DNA of 64,000 nucleotides from Myxococcales bacterium. Its GTDB lineage: Bacteria; Myxococcota_A; Polyangia; Palsa-1104; JAEUJZ01. Positions 9,243 to 18,918 of the stretch are shown in pieces (position 1 is the stretch's first letter; each line of letters opens with the position of its first letter). The stretch is from contig JAEUKA010000067.1 of assembly GCA_016794465.1 (NCBI GenBank), positions 38,141 to 102,140 on the forward strand, in the 5' to 3' direction. The position numbers were made by a program, and so were the translations under genes. The notes under the pieces are model-generated. The model was not told where the DNA came from and made no database searches. It saw only the letters and a list, made by a program, of their open reading frames with translations.

Positions 9243-12200
9243 ATGACCCAAGATCAAGGGCCCGCCGCTCGACTGAAAGAGACGGAGCGCAGCCTGCGCT
9301 GGCTGGCTGCGGTGATCATCTTCAACGTCGTCCTGTCGACCTCGTTTCAGACGGCGATGTTCTTGACCAATCACCAAAAGCCCGACATTCCGCTGGCGAT
9401 GCTGTTTGGTAGCTTGCTGACGGCGCTCACGACGCTGGGGCTAAACTACCTGCTGCGAAAGCGGCCAGCGGCGGGGGCTCTGCGGATCATCCTGCTGACA
9501 CTTGGGGTGCTGACAGCGTTTGCGGCGACCTGGAACTGGAAGCAGACGCCAGCTTCGACCTTCGCGCTCTATCTGCTCGTCGAGATCGCCACGACCGTTG
9601 GAGTGGCCGCGACGTGGACGTATTTCCAAGCCCCGCTCGAGGCCGCGCAGATTCGCTGGCTCTTGCCGCGACTTGGTGCCTGGGGGAGCATCGGCGGACT
9701 CGTTGCTGGGACGGTCATTCCGATCGGGCTCAAGTATCTGAAGATGCGCTCGCACTGGCTGATCTGGGTGTCGGCGCTGGCGTGGCTTTTGGCCAGTGCG
9801 CTGGTGCGGATGGACTACGCTGCGCGCGCGCCGGCCAAGAGACGCTCGTCGGTGAATCAGCAGAGCCACTTGCGACAGATCTTCACGGTGCCGCTGGTGC
9901 GCTGGATGATCCTCGGCACCGCCGGCATCATCTGGACCGGCGCGCTCGTCCAGTACGAGTCGAATGCGGCGATGAAAGATGCCTGGCCGCAGGAAACCAT
10001 CAACTCTGTTACGTCGGTGCTGCTCGCGGTGGCATCGATTGGCGGCTTTGCAACCCAGACCTTGGTGACGACGCCGGTCCTGGAGCGCTGGGGTGTCGGC
10101 CTGGCACTCGCGATCCTGCCGGCGACGATTGGCGCCTGCATGAGCGTCTACTTCTACGCCACCATCGGGGCGCAGTGGACGGCGGACCTGTCGGTGTGGG
10201 TCATCGTGGTGGCGCTGTTCCTCGACAAGACGCTGCGACCGGCGCTGCATCGACCGGCAGAGTCGTGTCTGGTGGCGGCGCTGTCTCCGACGATTCGACC
10301 GACGCTGCTGCTGGTGCTCGGCGGGATCATGTCGCCGTTTATCAAGGCCGTCGGAGCGCTGCTGCTCTTCATTGCCAAGTCGGCGTCGATCAATCCGTCG
10401 CTGCTGACCGGGGTGGCGATCATCTTGGCGGCCTTGGTGACGATGCTGTCGACGCGCTGGGGATCGATTTATGCTCAGACGCTGCGCGAGACGCTGGAAG
10501 AAGGCAGTGTCGAAGCCCTGGGCACCACCGAGGCGGCTGAGAACTTGGTGCCGATGATCGACGGTCCGCGACTGCGGGTGCTGCTCGAGGCAATCGACAG
10601 TGGTAGTCCTCGCTCGCGGGAGCTGGCGCTGGATCTGCTGCGTACTCAGCGCTCAAACCTCGTCGCCAAAGCGATGCAGACGCGGCTTGGCAACAAGCTG
10701 GAGCCGGTGCGGATTGCGGCCTTACGCTGGCTTGCCGACGAACCGGATCAGCTGCTGGAGTCGCACCTGAAGCAGCGCTGGCTGACGCCGGATCTGTCGG
10801 ATACCGAGCGGCAGGCGATCCTTGAGGCGGCTGGGGCACTCGGGGCGGCGCTGATTGGCGACGATACCGCGCGCTGGCTGACGGTGCCGAACCTGCCGCT
10901 GCGGACGGCGGCGCTGGCGGTGCTGCTGCGCTCAGCCGATGTCCGACACCAGAAAGTGGCCCGGCGGGCGCTCGAGGCGATGCTCAACAGCCAGAACGCC
11001 GAAGAGATCACTGCGGGCCTGCGCCTGGTCCACGAGCACAAAGTCGGCGAGTTTTTGCCGGCGGTGCTGGCGCGACTGGCCGATACCGAGATTGCGGTGC
11101 GTCGCGAAGCGCTCAGCTGTCTGCCGGCGTTCGAGGATGAGCGGGCCCGTCGTCCACTGTGGGCAGCGCTGACCGAGCCGACGATGGCGCACGTGGCGGT
11201 TCGTGCCCTGACCAGCTGCGGCGAGATGATCGTTCCGAACATCATTGCCCAGCTCGACTCGCCGGACATCGCCTCGGTGGTTCGTCAGCACTTGCTGCGT
11301 GCGCTCGGCCTGATTCCGTCGCAGTCCGGGGTGCAGTGCCTGCTCGATCACGTCCGTCACTCTGACCGCAATGCGCAGCTCGAGGCGCTCAAGTCGCTCA
11401 ACCGGCTCCGGCGCGTGCTCAACCTGCCGCCGCTCAATGCCGATATCATTCAAAGCTTCGTTCTCTCGGAGCTGCGCTGGGGTCTGCACATGCTGCGGGC
11501 GCGCGAGCTGCTGAAGGATCGAGTCCGTCCCAACGGCCTGCTCTATCGCGAGATCGACGCCCAGATTGATGCCGCGCAGCAGCGGGTGGCGCAGACACTG
11601 GCCCTTCTGTCGCCCAAAGACACGATGGTTCACATCTTTAAGGCGCTGCGCTCGCCGAACTCGCCGCATCGCGACCAGGCCCGCGAGCTGCTGCGAACGC
11701 TGTTTAAGCCGGGGCCGATTGTCAACGCCAGCCTCAAGCTGCTCGATGAAACCCAGCCGTGGCAGCCCGAGTTTTTCCAGCCGCCGCTCTCGATTAGTAG
11801 TGGTCAGACCGCCGAGAGTGCGGTCGAGTGGCTGAAGCTGACCGCCGATCCGTGGGTGATTGCCTCGCTCAAGTACGATCCCGACTGTCCGCGCCAGACC
11901 TCGACGTTTCCGCCGATTCCCGAGCTGATCGAGCGCCACCTCGACGCGGTGCTGTTCCTCAAAGATGTCGGCTTGTTCGAGACGCTGACCAACGCCCAGC
12001 TGGTGGACGTGGCGGCGCTGGCGGAAAAGGTCGATCTACCGGCGGGACGGACGCTGTTCGAGCAAGGTGAGCTGCCCGACTACCTGTATCTCATCCGCAA
12101 AGGCAAGCTGCGCGTCGTCATCGGGGGCAACGAGGTCGCGCGCTTTGGTCCCGGCGAGTGCGTCGGCGAGATGGCCGTGCTGGCGAGCACTCGGCGCACC

Positions 12201-12473
12201 GCAGGCGTCGATACGCTGGAGCCGTGTCAGCTTCTGCGCTGGTCGGAGCGCGACTTTTTGGGCCTGCTCGATGCGTTCCCGGAAATTGGCCGCGCGCTGC
12301 TCAAGTCCTTGGTGCGCCGCCTCGCCCAGACCGGTAAGTCTCGCCAAGCGCCACGTGCCGCGACGATAATCGGAATGGTCTGGGGCAAAGACGGACCTCA
12401 GCCTTCCGCCAGCAGCAGCAACACCATGAACCAGCTTGATGGCAGCGGCTTCACCCCCGAGGACAAGAGCTAG
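9243..12473 (+). CDS. Large multi-pass membrane protein (MFS/TLC-like N-terminus) with HEAT-like helical repeats and a C-terminal cyclic-nucleotide-binding domain
   Basis: ORF track 1076 aa. About 11-12 hydrophobic spans in the first ~430 aa, a Leu/Ala/Arg-rich helical repeat region, and a C-terminal cNMP fold (FLKDVGLFETL...YLYLIRKGKLRVV...FGPGECVGEMAVL). Confidence 0.8.
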   Translation: MTQDQGPAARLKETERSLRWLAAVIIFNVVLSTSFQTAMFLTNHQKPDIPLAMLFGSLLTALTTLGLNYLLRKRPAAGALRIILLTLGVLTAFAATWNWKQTPASTFALYLLVEIATTVGVAATWTYFQAPLEAAQIRWLLPRLGAWGSIGGLVAGTVIPIGLKYLKMRSHWLIWVSALAWLLASALVRMDYAARAPAKRRSSVNQQSHLRQIFTVPLVRWMILGTAGIIWTGALVQYESNAAMKDAWPQETINSVTSVLLAVASIGGFATQTLVTTPVLERWGVGLALAILPATIGACMSVYFYATIGAQWTADLSVWVIVVALFLDKTLRPALHRPAESCLVAALSPTIRPTLLLVLGGIMSPFIKAVGALLLFIAKSASINPSLLTGVAIILAALVTMLSTRWGSIYAQTLRETLEEGSVEALGTTEAAENLVPMIDGPRLRVLLEAIDSGSPRSRELALDLLRTQRSNLVAKAMQTRLGNKLEPVRIAALRWLADEPDQLLESHLKQRWLTPDLSDTERQAILEAAGALGAALIGDDTARWLTVPNLPLRTAALAVLLRSADVRHQKVARRALEAMLNSQNAEEITAGLRLVHEHKVGEFLPAVLARLADTEIAVRREALSCLPAFEDERARRPLWAALTEPTMAHVAVRALTSCGEMIVPNIIAQLDSPDIASVVRQHLLRALGLIPSQSGVQCLLDHVRHSDRNAQLEALKSLNRLRRVLNLPPLNADIIQSFVLSELRWGLHMLRARELLKDRVRPNGLLYREIDAQIDAAQQRVAQTLALLSPKDTMVHIFKALRSPNSPHRDQARELLRTLFKPGPIVNASLKLLDETQPWQPEFFQPPLSISSGQTAESAVEWLKLTADPWVIASLKYDPDCPRQTSTFPPIPELIERHLDAVLFLKDVGLFETLTNAQLVDVAALAEKVDLPAGRTLFEQGELPDYLYLIRKGKLRVVIGGNEVARFGPGECVGEMAVLASTRRTAGVDTLEPCQLLRWSERDFLGLLDAFPEIGRALLKSLVRRLAQTGKSRQAPRAATIIGMVWGKDGPQPSASSSNTMNQLDGSGFTPEDKS

Positions 12474-12481
12474 AGCGAGCG

Positions 12482-13006
12482 ATGGCGGTCACTGTCTCAC
12501 TCGACATGATCTTGTTCCTCAAGGATGTCTCGCTCTTTGAGTCCTTGTCGAACGCGCAGCTTGCCGAAGTGGCGAGACTGGCGGAGCGTGTCGACGTGAC
12601 CGGCGACGACATCAACAAGCCGCTGTTCTACCAGGGCGAGCCCGCCGACTGTCTGTACCTGATTCGCAAAGGCCGGGTGCGTGTCATCCAAAATGGCCAC
12701 GAGATTGCGCGGCTCGGGCCCGGCGAGACGACCGGCGAGATGGCGGTGCTGGCGGGCATCGAGCGCTCGGCGACCATTGAGCCGATTGAGCCGATGGTGC
12801 TGCTCCGCTTTGATGCCGACGACTTTCTGGCGCTGCTCGACACCTACCCGGAAATCCAGCGGGCGCTGATGCGAACCCTGGTGATGCGCCTGACCTCGGC
12901 CAACCGTCCGCGTGAGCCCAGCCGGCGAGCCGCGACGATGGTCGGCATGGTGTGGGGCAAGGACGGGGCGCCGCAGAAGCCGACCTCGGGAGACTCTAAA
13001 AAGTAA
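12482..13006 (+). CDS. Stand-alone cyclic-nucleotide-binding domain protein (paralogue of the C-terminus of the preceding gene)
   Basis: ORF track 174 aa. FLKDVSLFESL...CLYLIRKGRVRVI...LGPGETTGEMAVL. Shares even the tail RAATMVGMVWGKDG with the upstream protein (RAATIIGMVWGKDG). Confidence 0.85.
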   Translation: MAVTVSLDMILFLKDVSLFESLSNAQLAEVARLAERVDVTGDDINKPLFYQGEPADCLYLIRKGRVRVIQNGHEIARLGPGETTGEMAVLAGIERSATIEPIEPMVLLRFDADDFLALLDTYPEIQRALMRTLVMRLTSANRPREPSRRAATMVGMVWGKDGAPQKPTSGDSKK

Positions 13007-13021
13007 TGACTAGGGGGCAGC

Positions 13022-13708
13022 ATGTTTCGGCAGCTCGATAGCGACGTGTGGTTCCTCGACAAGCCATTTGCGATGATGGGCATTGAGCTGGGCGGTCGCA
13101 TGACGGTGGTCAAGCTGCTCGATGGCTCGCTGCTGATGGTGTCGCCGGTCAAGCTGACTGCCGACGATCGCGCCGAGCTGGATCGCATCGGCCCGGTCCG
13201 CTTCATCGTCGCGCCCAACCTCGTTCACCACTTGTATGTCGGGGACGCCAAGCTCAGCTATCCCGATGCCAAGATCTATGTGCCGCCGGGCCTTACCGAC
13301 AAGCGCAAGGATCTTCGGCCCGATGGCACCTTGTCCGACACCCCGCCGCCTCCGCTGGCCGCCGAGTTCGAGACGATCCTGGTCGAGGGCATGCCCAGGG
13401 TCAGCGAGGTGGTCTTCTTCCACAAGAAGAGCCGCACCCTGATTCAGACCGACTTGGTGTTCAACCTCACCCAGGCGCCGACGCTTCTTAGCAAGATCTT
13501 CTTTTTCCTCAACGGCGCGCTCGGCGGCGTGCGGGCGACCCGGTTTCTGCGCAGCACCATTGCCGACAAGGCCGCGACCCGCCGGTCGATCGAGAAAATC
13601 TTGGCATGGGACTTCGACCGGATGATCGTCACCCACGGCGACGTGGTACGGTCCGGCGCCAAGGCAGAGTTTGCCGCTGCCTATCAGTTCCTGCTCGGCA
13701 AGTCGTAG
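13022..13708 (+). CDS. DUF4336-like protein (metallo-beta-lactamase-related fold), function unknown
   Basis: ORF track 228 aa. Family assignment is from memory of DUF4336 features (WFLDKPF..GIELGGRMTVV.L.DGSL...SP; VAPN..HHL; YPDAKIY.PPGL). Needs an HMM check. Confidence 0.55.
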   Translation: MFRQLDSDVWFLDKPFAMMGIELGGRMTVVKLLDGSLLMVSPVKLTADDRAELDRIGPVRFIVAPNLVHHLYVGDAKLSYPDAKIYVPPGLTDKRKDLRPDGTLSDTPPPPLAAEFETILVEGMPRVSEVVFFHKKSRTLIQTDLVFNLTQAPTLLSKIFFFLNGALGGVRATRFLRSTIADKAATRRSIEKILAWDFDRMIVTHGDVVRSGAKAEFAAAYQFLLGKS

Positions 13709-13725
13709 TCAGAAAGAAGGTTTCC

Positions 13726-14748
<1,023 letters not shown>

Positions 14749-14760
14749 CTCGACCAATAA

Positions 14761-14839
14761 GCGTGGGGCCGACCGGAGAGCTTTTTTCGTACCGCCTGCG
14801 GGACGGAAAAAGTCTCGCAGGGAAGGGGGGCCCCACGCG
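14761..14839. repeat. REP-like ~78-bp imperfect hairpin element, copy 1
   Basis: gcgtggggcc...cttttttcgtaccgcctgcgggacggaaaaag...ggccccacgc. The outer and inner arms are self-complementary. A near-identical copy in inverted orientation lies at 36177-36252. Starts 13 nt after the icd stop. Confidence 0.7.
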
Positions 14840-14869
14840 TAACGCACACACGGCAAAGGGGGACTTTCT

Positions 14870-15724
14870 ATGGCGCTGCTGCATGTCCTAGGCGTTGGCG
14901 ATGCCTTTACCGAGCGCTATCACAACAGCTGCCTCTGCATCGAGGAGCCCCAGTCCGGCGTCCAGCTCCTCATCGACTGTCCACCCGCCCTGCCACGCGT
15001 GCTCGCCGACCACCGAGCCCGCACCGGCAGCCCGCTCTCCGTGGCAACCATCGATCACCTGCTGCTCACCCACCTCCACGGCGACCACTGCGGCGGCGTC
15101 GAGGCGTTTCTGTTCATGCGCCGCTTCCTCGTCCGCCGCAAGCCCTTCCTCTATGGCGCCCCTGCGGTCCTTGATCCCCTGTGGCCGACCCGACTGCGCG
15201 GCGGCATGGCCCACCTGACCGCCTGCGTGCCCGAGTGGTCCCTCGCCGAGCTGCCGCAGCGCCTCGCCCACCCGAGCTACCTTGAACCCGAAGCGGATTC
15301 CGCCGCCCAGCAGCGCCTGTCCACCCTCCCGCCGACCACGTCCGAGCTTCAGCTGTCCGACTATGCCGAGCGCGTCAACCTCCGCGACCGCACCCCGATT
15401 GGCCCGCTCATCATCGAGCGCCGCTTCACCCACCACCACATCCCGACCACCGCCGTCCGCGTCTTCCTGACCGGGCAGCCCGTCCCGCTGTTTGCCTACA
15501 GCGCCGACACCGCGTTCGACCCCGACCTCATCGCCTGGCTCGCCGAGGCGCCGCTCATCATCCACGAGACCAACTTCGGCATCCACACCCCGCTCGCCTC
15601 CCTGACCCAGCTCCCCCCCGCCGTCCTAAGCAAGCTCCACCTCATCCACTACCCCGACCTGCTCGATCCAGCCAGCTCCCCCATCCCCTGCCTACACGAA
15701 GGGCAGATCTTGGAGGTTGGGTAG
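14870..15724 (+). CDS. MBL-fold metallo-hydrolase
   Basis: ORF track 284 aa. LLLTHLHGDHCGG (HxHxDH motif). Confidence 0.85.
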   Translation: MALLHVLGVGDAFTERYHNSCLCIEEPQSGVQLLIDCPPALPRVLADHRARTGSPLSVATIDHLLLTHLHGDHCGGVEAFLFMRRFLVRRKPFLYGAPAVLDPLWPTRLRGGMAHLTACVPEWSLAELPQRLAHPSYLEPEADSAAQQRLSTLPPTTSELQLSDYAERVNLRDRTPIGPLIIERRFTHHHIPTTAVRVFLTGQPVPLFAYSADTAFDPDLIAWLAEAPLIIHETNFGIHTPLASLTQLPPAVLSKLHLIHYPDLLDPASSPIPCLHEGQILEVG

Positions 15725-15771
15725 GCACAGCCGCTCCGCCGACCATGGCTGGCGCCCATGGGGTTTGTAAA

Positions 15772-16017
15772 GTGGTGCGCGGGTGGACTGTTGTCAGGGG
15801 TGACAGCTGCCAAGTGGTGTCCGGGTGCGGGTTGGCAGGGCGTGACGGTTGTAAAGTGCTGTCCAAAGCCGCTTGGACAGGACTTTGCAGCGGGAAAGTG
15901 CGGACCAAGTCGGGCTGGACAGGACTTTACAAAGGGAAAGTGCGGACCAAGTCGGGTTGGACAGGACTTTACAAAGGGAAAGTGCGGACCAAGTCGGGTT
16001 GGACAGGACTTGGCAGA
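15772..16017. repeat. Intergenic tandem array, 42-bp period, ~5.8 units (array A)
   Basis: Units start at 15772, 15814, 15856, 15898, 15940 and 15982. The last three are near-identical (gtgcggaccaagtcgggYtggacaggactttacaaagggaaa). The units degenerate progressively toward the 5' side. Confidence 0.85.
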
Positions 16018-16128
16018 TCTCATGGCCCCAAACGCTGGGTCGGAGGGGGGCCGTGACTGCGGCCAGGCTTGCCCCGTGGCGATGGTTGGACGCTTGCGTG
16101 TAGGCAAGGCGAGTGCTACTGGACCGGC

Positions 16129-16779
16129 ATGCCATCTATCTTGAGCGAAGAGCGAGGAACCAAAGAGCTTGTCCGGGCGGCGCGCTACCACCATGCGGCG
16201 CTGCTGGCTGACCCGGCGACTGCGCACCTGGCACCAGCGGTCAAGACCCGGATCGAGGCGCTGCTGAAGGCCGAGTCGCAGTCCGATGCCGCCGATGCCG
16301 TGCATCAGGAAAAGCAGGCGCTGCGCGATCGGGCGGAGTACCTGCATGACGACGAGCAAAGGGCGTGCGAGCTGGAGGTGTTCGCGGGCGTGCGCAAGGA
16401 CCGCTCGCTGCCGGAGTACCGCGCGGTCTATGTGCTGGGGTTTTCGGGGCTGATTGCGCTCGCGGGGGAGGAGCAAGAGCGCGAGGTGGTCAAGATGTGC
16501 GCGGCGCTCGAGAAGGAGCATCCCGAGGTCGCGAAGAAGTACAAAAAGAACCTGCTCAAGCTGGCGGCGGAGGCGACGGCGGCAGAGAAAGCGCTGCGCC
16601 AAGCGGATACCGATGCCAGCCACGCGTTTGTCGCCGAGGTGCAGGCCCGGTCCACGCTGGTGGATCAGCTACGGCGCAATGAAGGCGCGCTGATCTCGCT
16701 GTTTCCTCGCGATAGGAAGCGGGTCCGGCTGTACTACCGAGTCCGTCGCCCGAAGAAAGACGCTCCTTCCCCGGCCTAG
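16129..16779 (+). CDS. Hypothetical helical protein
   Basis: ORF track 16069..16779. ATG 16129 (MPSILSEE...) lies just past the repeat array. Charged and alpha-helical in character, no family recognised. Confidence 0.5.
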   Translation: MPSILSEERGTKELVRAARYHHAALLADPATAHLAPAVKTRIEALLKAESQSDAADAVHQEKQALRDRAEYLHDDEQRACELEVFAGVRKDRSLPEYRAVYVLGFSGLIALAGEEQEREVVKMCAALEKEHPEVAKKYKKNLLKLAAEATAAEKALRQADTDASHAFVAEVQARSTLVDQLRRNEGALISLFPRDRKRVRLYYRVRRPKKDAPSPA

Positions 16780-16796
16780 GCCCGTGTCCCTGGCCG

Positions 16797-17810
16797 TTAG
16801 GTTGGGCAGGCGGACAGGGCGGCTTGGCAGGCGGTGAGGAGGGTGGCTTTGGCTTGGGCGAGGCTCTTGGGTACGTCGCTGGAATCGGCGAAGGAGAGGG
16901 TGCAGCCGGCGGCGTTGCGGTGACCGCCGCCTCCGAACTGGGCGCACAGCTCGCCGACGTGGATGCGACCCTTGCCGCGCAGGCTGACGTAGATGCGATC
17001 GTCACTGACGGTGATCTGGCCGCCAAGCTCGACGCCGCGCAGCGCCCGCGCGTAGTTGACGAGCTTGCCCACGTCATCCATGGTCGCGTGGGCCTCGCGC
17101 AGCATCTGATCGGTCAGGGTCAGCAGCGCCAGCTGGCCTTCGCAGTGACGCTCCAAGGTCGGCAGGACCAGGGTCAACAGGCGCAGGCTTGCTTCGGACA
17201 GCTGTTCGTCAAGCTGGAGCGCCACTTCCCAGCTGCTCACGCCACTCTGGCGCGCGGCCATCGCCAGCCGGAAGACCTCTTGATCGGTGTTGGGATAGCG
17301 AAACCAGCCGGTGTCTTCGACCAAGGAGACAAACAGCGCCGTGGCCAGGTCGAGGGGCAGGGCGTCCTCGGAGATTCCCAGCGCAGCGAGCAGCCGCATC
17401 GCGATCACCCCCGCTGAGCCGGCATGCTGATCGCGCAGCACGATGTCACCCAGCTCCGAGACGATCTCATGATGATCGAGCACGATCAGCGGACCGGTGA
17501 CTGCCGGCTCTGGGAAGTGCTCACCCAGCAGGTGGCGCGCTCCACAGTCATGAACCAGCGTCGCCGAAAAGCGCGCACCGCCCGGCACCTTGCGGCGGAC
17601 CTCACCGGCCCCGGGCAGCCAGGACAGCCGTCGCGGTACCGGGTCGGGATTGTAGAGGTAGACTTCCTTGCCGAGCTTCCGCAGCCCGTGCGCAGTCACC
17701 AGCATTGCGCCGAGCGCATCGCCATCCAGTCGAGCGTGCGCCCCAATCAAGAATCGCTGTCCGCGCTGGATGAGGTCGGTGGCAAGGGCCAGCTGCTCAG
17801 AAAAAAGCAT
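16797..17810 (-). CDS. nrnA: DHH/DHHA1 phosphoesterase (NrnA-like oligoribonuclease / pAp phosphatase)
   Basis: ORF track 337 aa. IGAHARLDGDALGA, IVLDHHE (DHH), GGGHRNAAG (DHHA1). Confidence 0.85.
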   Translation of the reverse strand: MLFSEQLALATDLIQRGQRFLIGAHARLDGDALGAMLVTAHGLRKLGKEVYLYNPDPVPRRLSWLPGAGEVRRKVPGGARFSATLVHDCGARHLLGEHFPEPAVTGPLIVLDHHEIVSELGDIVLRDQHAGSAGVIAMRLLAALGISEDALPLDLATALFVSLVEDTGWFRYPNTDQEVFRLAMAARQSGVSSWEVALQLDEQLSEASLRLLTLVLPTLERHCEGQLALLTLTDQMLREAHATMDDVGKLVNYARALRGVELGGQITVSDDRIYVSLRGKGRIHVGELCAQFGGGGHRNAAGCTLSFADSSDVPKSLAQAKATLLTACQAALSACPT

Positions 17811-17830
17811 GCCGGCAGTATAGGCAGGAC

Positions 17831-18208
17831 TTAGCTGCGCTTGTCGCGGCTTAGTACGTCATCGCGGACGGACTCGCAGAGCGCGCGGACTTTGTTGATC
17901 TGCTCCTCGCCGACGCCAAACTCGGCGAGCGTGCCGCACAGGTGCTGGATCACCACGTCGACATGCAGGTCGGCAAGTCCCCGGCTGAGCATGCTGGCAT
18001 GAGCGGTTCGCATGTCCCGCCCGGTGTAGTTGTGCGGTCCGCCGGTCACCATGGTGATGAAGGCCGTCTGCTTGGCCATCTGGCGTTCCATGTCGATGCC
18101 ATCAAAGAACCGCGCCACGCGATCATCGGACAGCATCTTGCGATAAAAACTCTCGACCACTGCTTCGATGGCGGGTGCGCCACCAAGCTGCTCGTACAGG
18201 CTCTGCAT
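17831..18208 (-). CDS. glbN: Group I truncated haemoglobin (trHbN)
   Basis: Internal ATG 18208 of ORF 17831..18430, preceded by AAGGAGGGGGG. MQSLYEQLGGAPAIEAVVESFYRKMLSDDRVARFFDGIDMERQMAKQTAFITMVTGGPHNYTGRDMRTAH. Confidence 0.9.
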   Translation of the reverse strand: MQSLYEQLGGAPAIEAVVESFYRKMLSDDRVARFFDGIDMERQMAKQTAFITMVTGGPHNYTGRDMRTAHASMLSRGLADLHVDVVIQHLCGTLAEFGVGEEQINKVRALCESVRDDVLSRDKRS

Positions 18209-18366
18209 GATCCCCCCCTCCTTAAACGACGTTTCAGCGTACCACGAAATTATGCTTTCTACGCGCGCAATATCAGCTACGTTGAGAGCTGACGCTTTGC
18301 TCGGGACCGGGTGTTCACTTGTCGAACCGAGTCGCGGTCGATATGAATGGTCCTGCCTGCAAAATT

Positions 18367-18379
18367 TTACGTTACGTAA
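18367..18379. promoter_or_regulatory. Perfect 6-1-6 palindrome TTACGT-T-ACGTAA, candidate NsrR operator
   Basis: Lies in the AT-richer divergent glbN / nsrR intergenic region. A second inverted repeat GTACC-gctt-GGTAC lies around 18414-18428. Confidence 0.3.
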
Positions 18380-18459
18380 GCTTCTCGTGGTACACAGAAC
18401 AATCGATCCACGCTGTACCGCTTGGTACACCGTCTTGGGTCAGGACCAAGGTATGAGAG

Positions 18460-18918
18460 ATGCAGTTAACTCAATTCACTGATTACTCGCTGCGGATACT
18501 CCTCTATTTGGCCCACCATCCACCGCAGGATGGCGAGAGGCTGCCAGCAGTGCTCGACATCAGCCGGTCGTACGGAATCTCGACCAACCACCTGAGCAAG
18601 GTGGCACGGCTGCTGGTCCAAAATGGCTTCGTCAAGGCAACGCGCGGTCGCAATGGTGGCTTGCAGCTGGCTCGGACGCCCGAGGAGATCAACCTCGGCG
18701 AAGTGGTCCGGCGCAGCGAGCCGCACTTCGACTTGGTCGAGTGCTTTGACCAGCGCACCAACACCTGCCCGATCACGAGTGTGTGCGTGCTCAAGGGGGT
18801 GCTGGCCGAAGCGAAGCGGCAGTTCATGGCGGCGCTCGACAAGCAGACGCTGGCGGACGTGGTGGGAACGCGCGTGAAGCTGGTCCAGCTATGGCGCGGC
18901 CCGAAGCCGGGCGGCTGA
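18460..18918 (+). CDS. nsrR: Rrf2-family NO-sensing transcriptional repressor NsrR
   Basis: ORF track 152 aa. MQLTQFTDYSLRILLYLA..., close to E. coli NsrR (MQLTSFTDYGLRALIYMA). Three clustered Cys (VECF...TCPITSVC) for the Fe-S cluster. Confidence 0.85.
   Translation: MQLTQFTDYSLRILLYLAHHPPQDGERLPAVLDISRSYGISTNHLSKVARLLVQNGFVKATRGRNGGLQLARTPEEINLGEVVRRSEPHFDLVECFDQRTNTCPITSVCVLKGVLAEAKRQFMAALDKQTLADVVGTRVKLVQLWRGPKPGG

Noticed and set aside
13606-13725. N-terminal extensions proposed by the longest-ORF rule (icd 13606; also murG 26948, glbN 18430, FAD oxidase 35377, lipoprotein 37251, hypothetical 40277)
   Set aside because: The extensions are Arg-rich or overlap the neighbouring gene. Internal ATGs give canonical family N-termini, often with an SD or ATGA coupling.
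15745-16144. ORFs running through array A (and 39063..39916 through array B) as repeat-peptide coding genes
   Set aside because: All frames are open simply because the unit lacks stops. There are no credible start contexts, the encoded repeats (e.g. GKCGPSRVGQDFTK) resemble no protein family, and the units decay like non-coding DNA.
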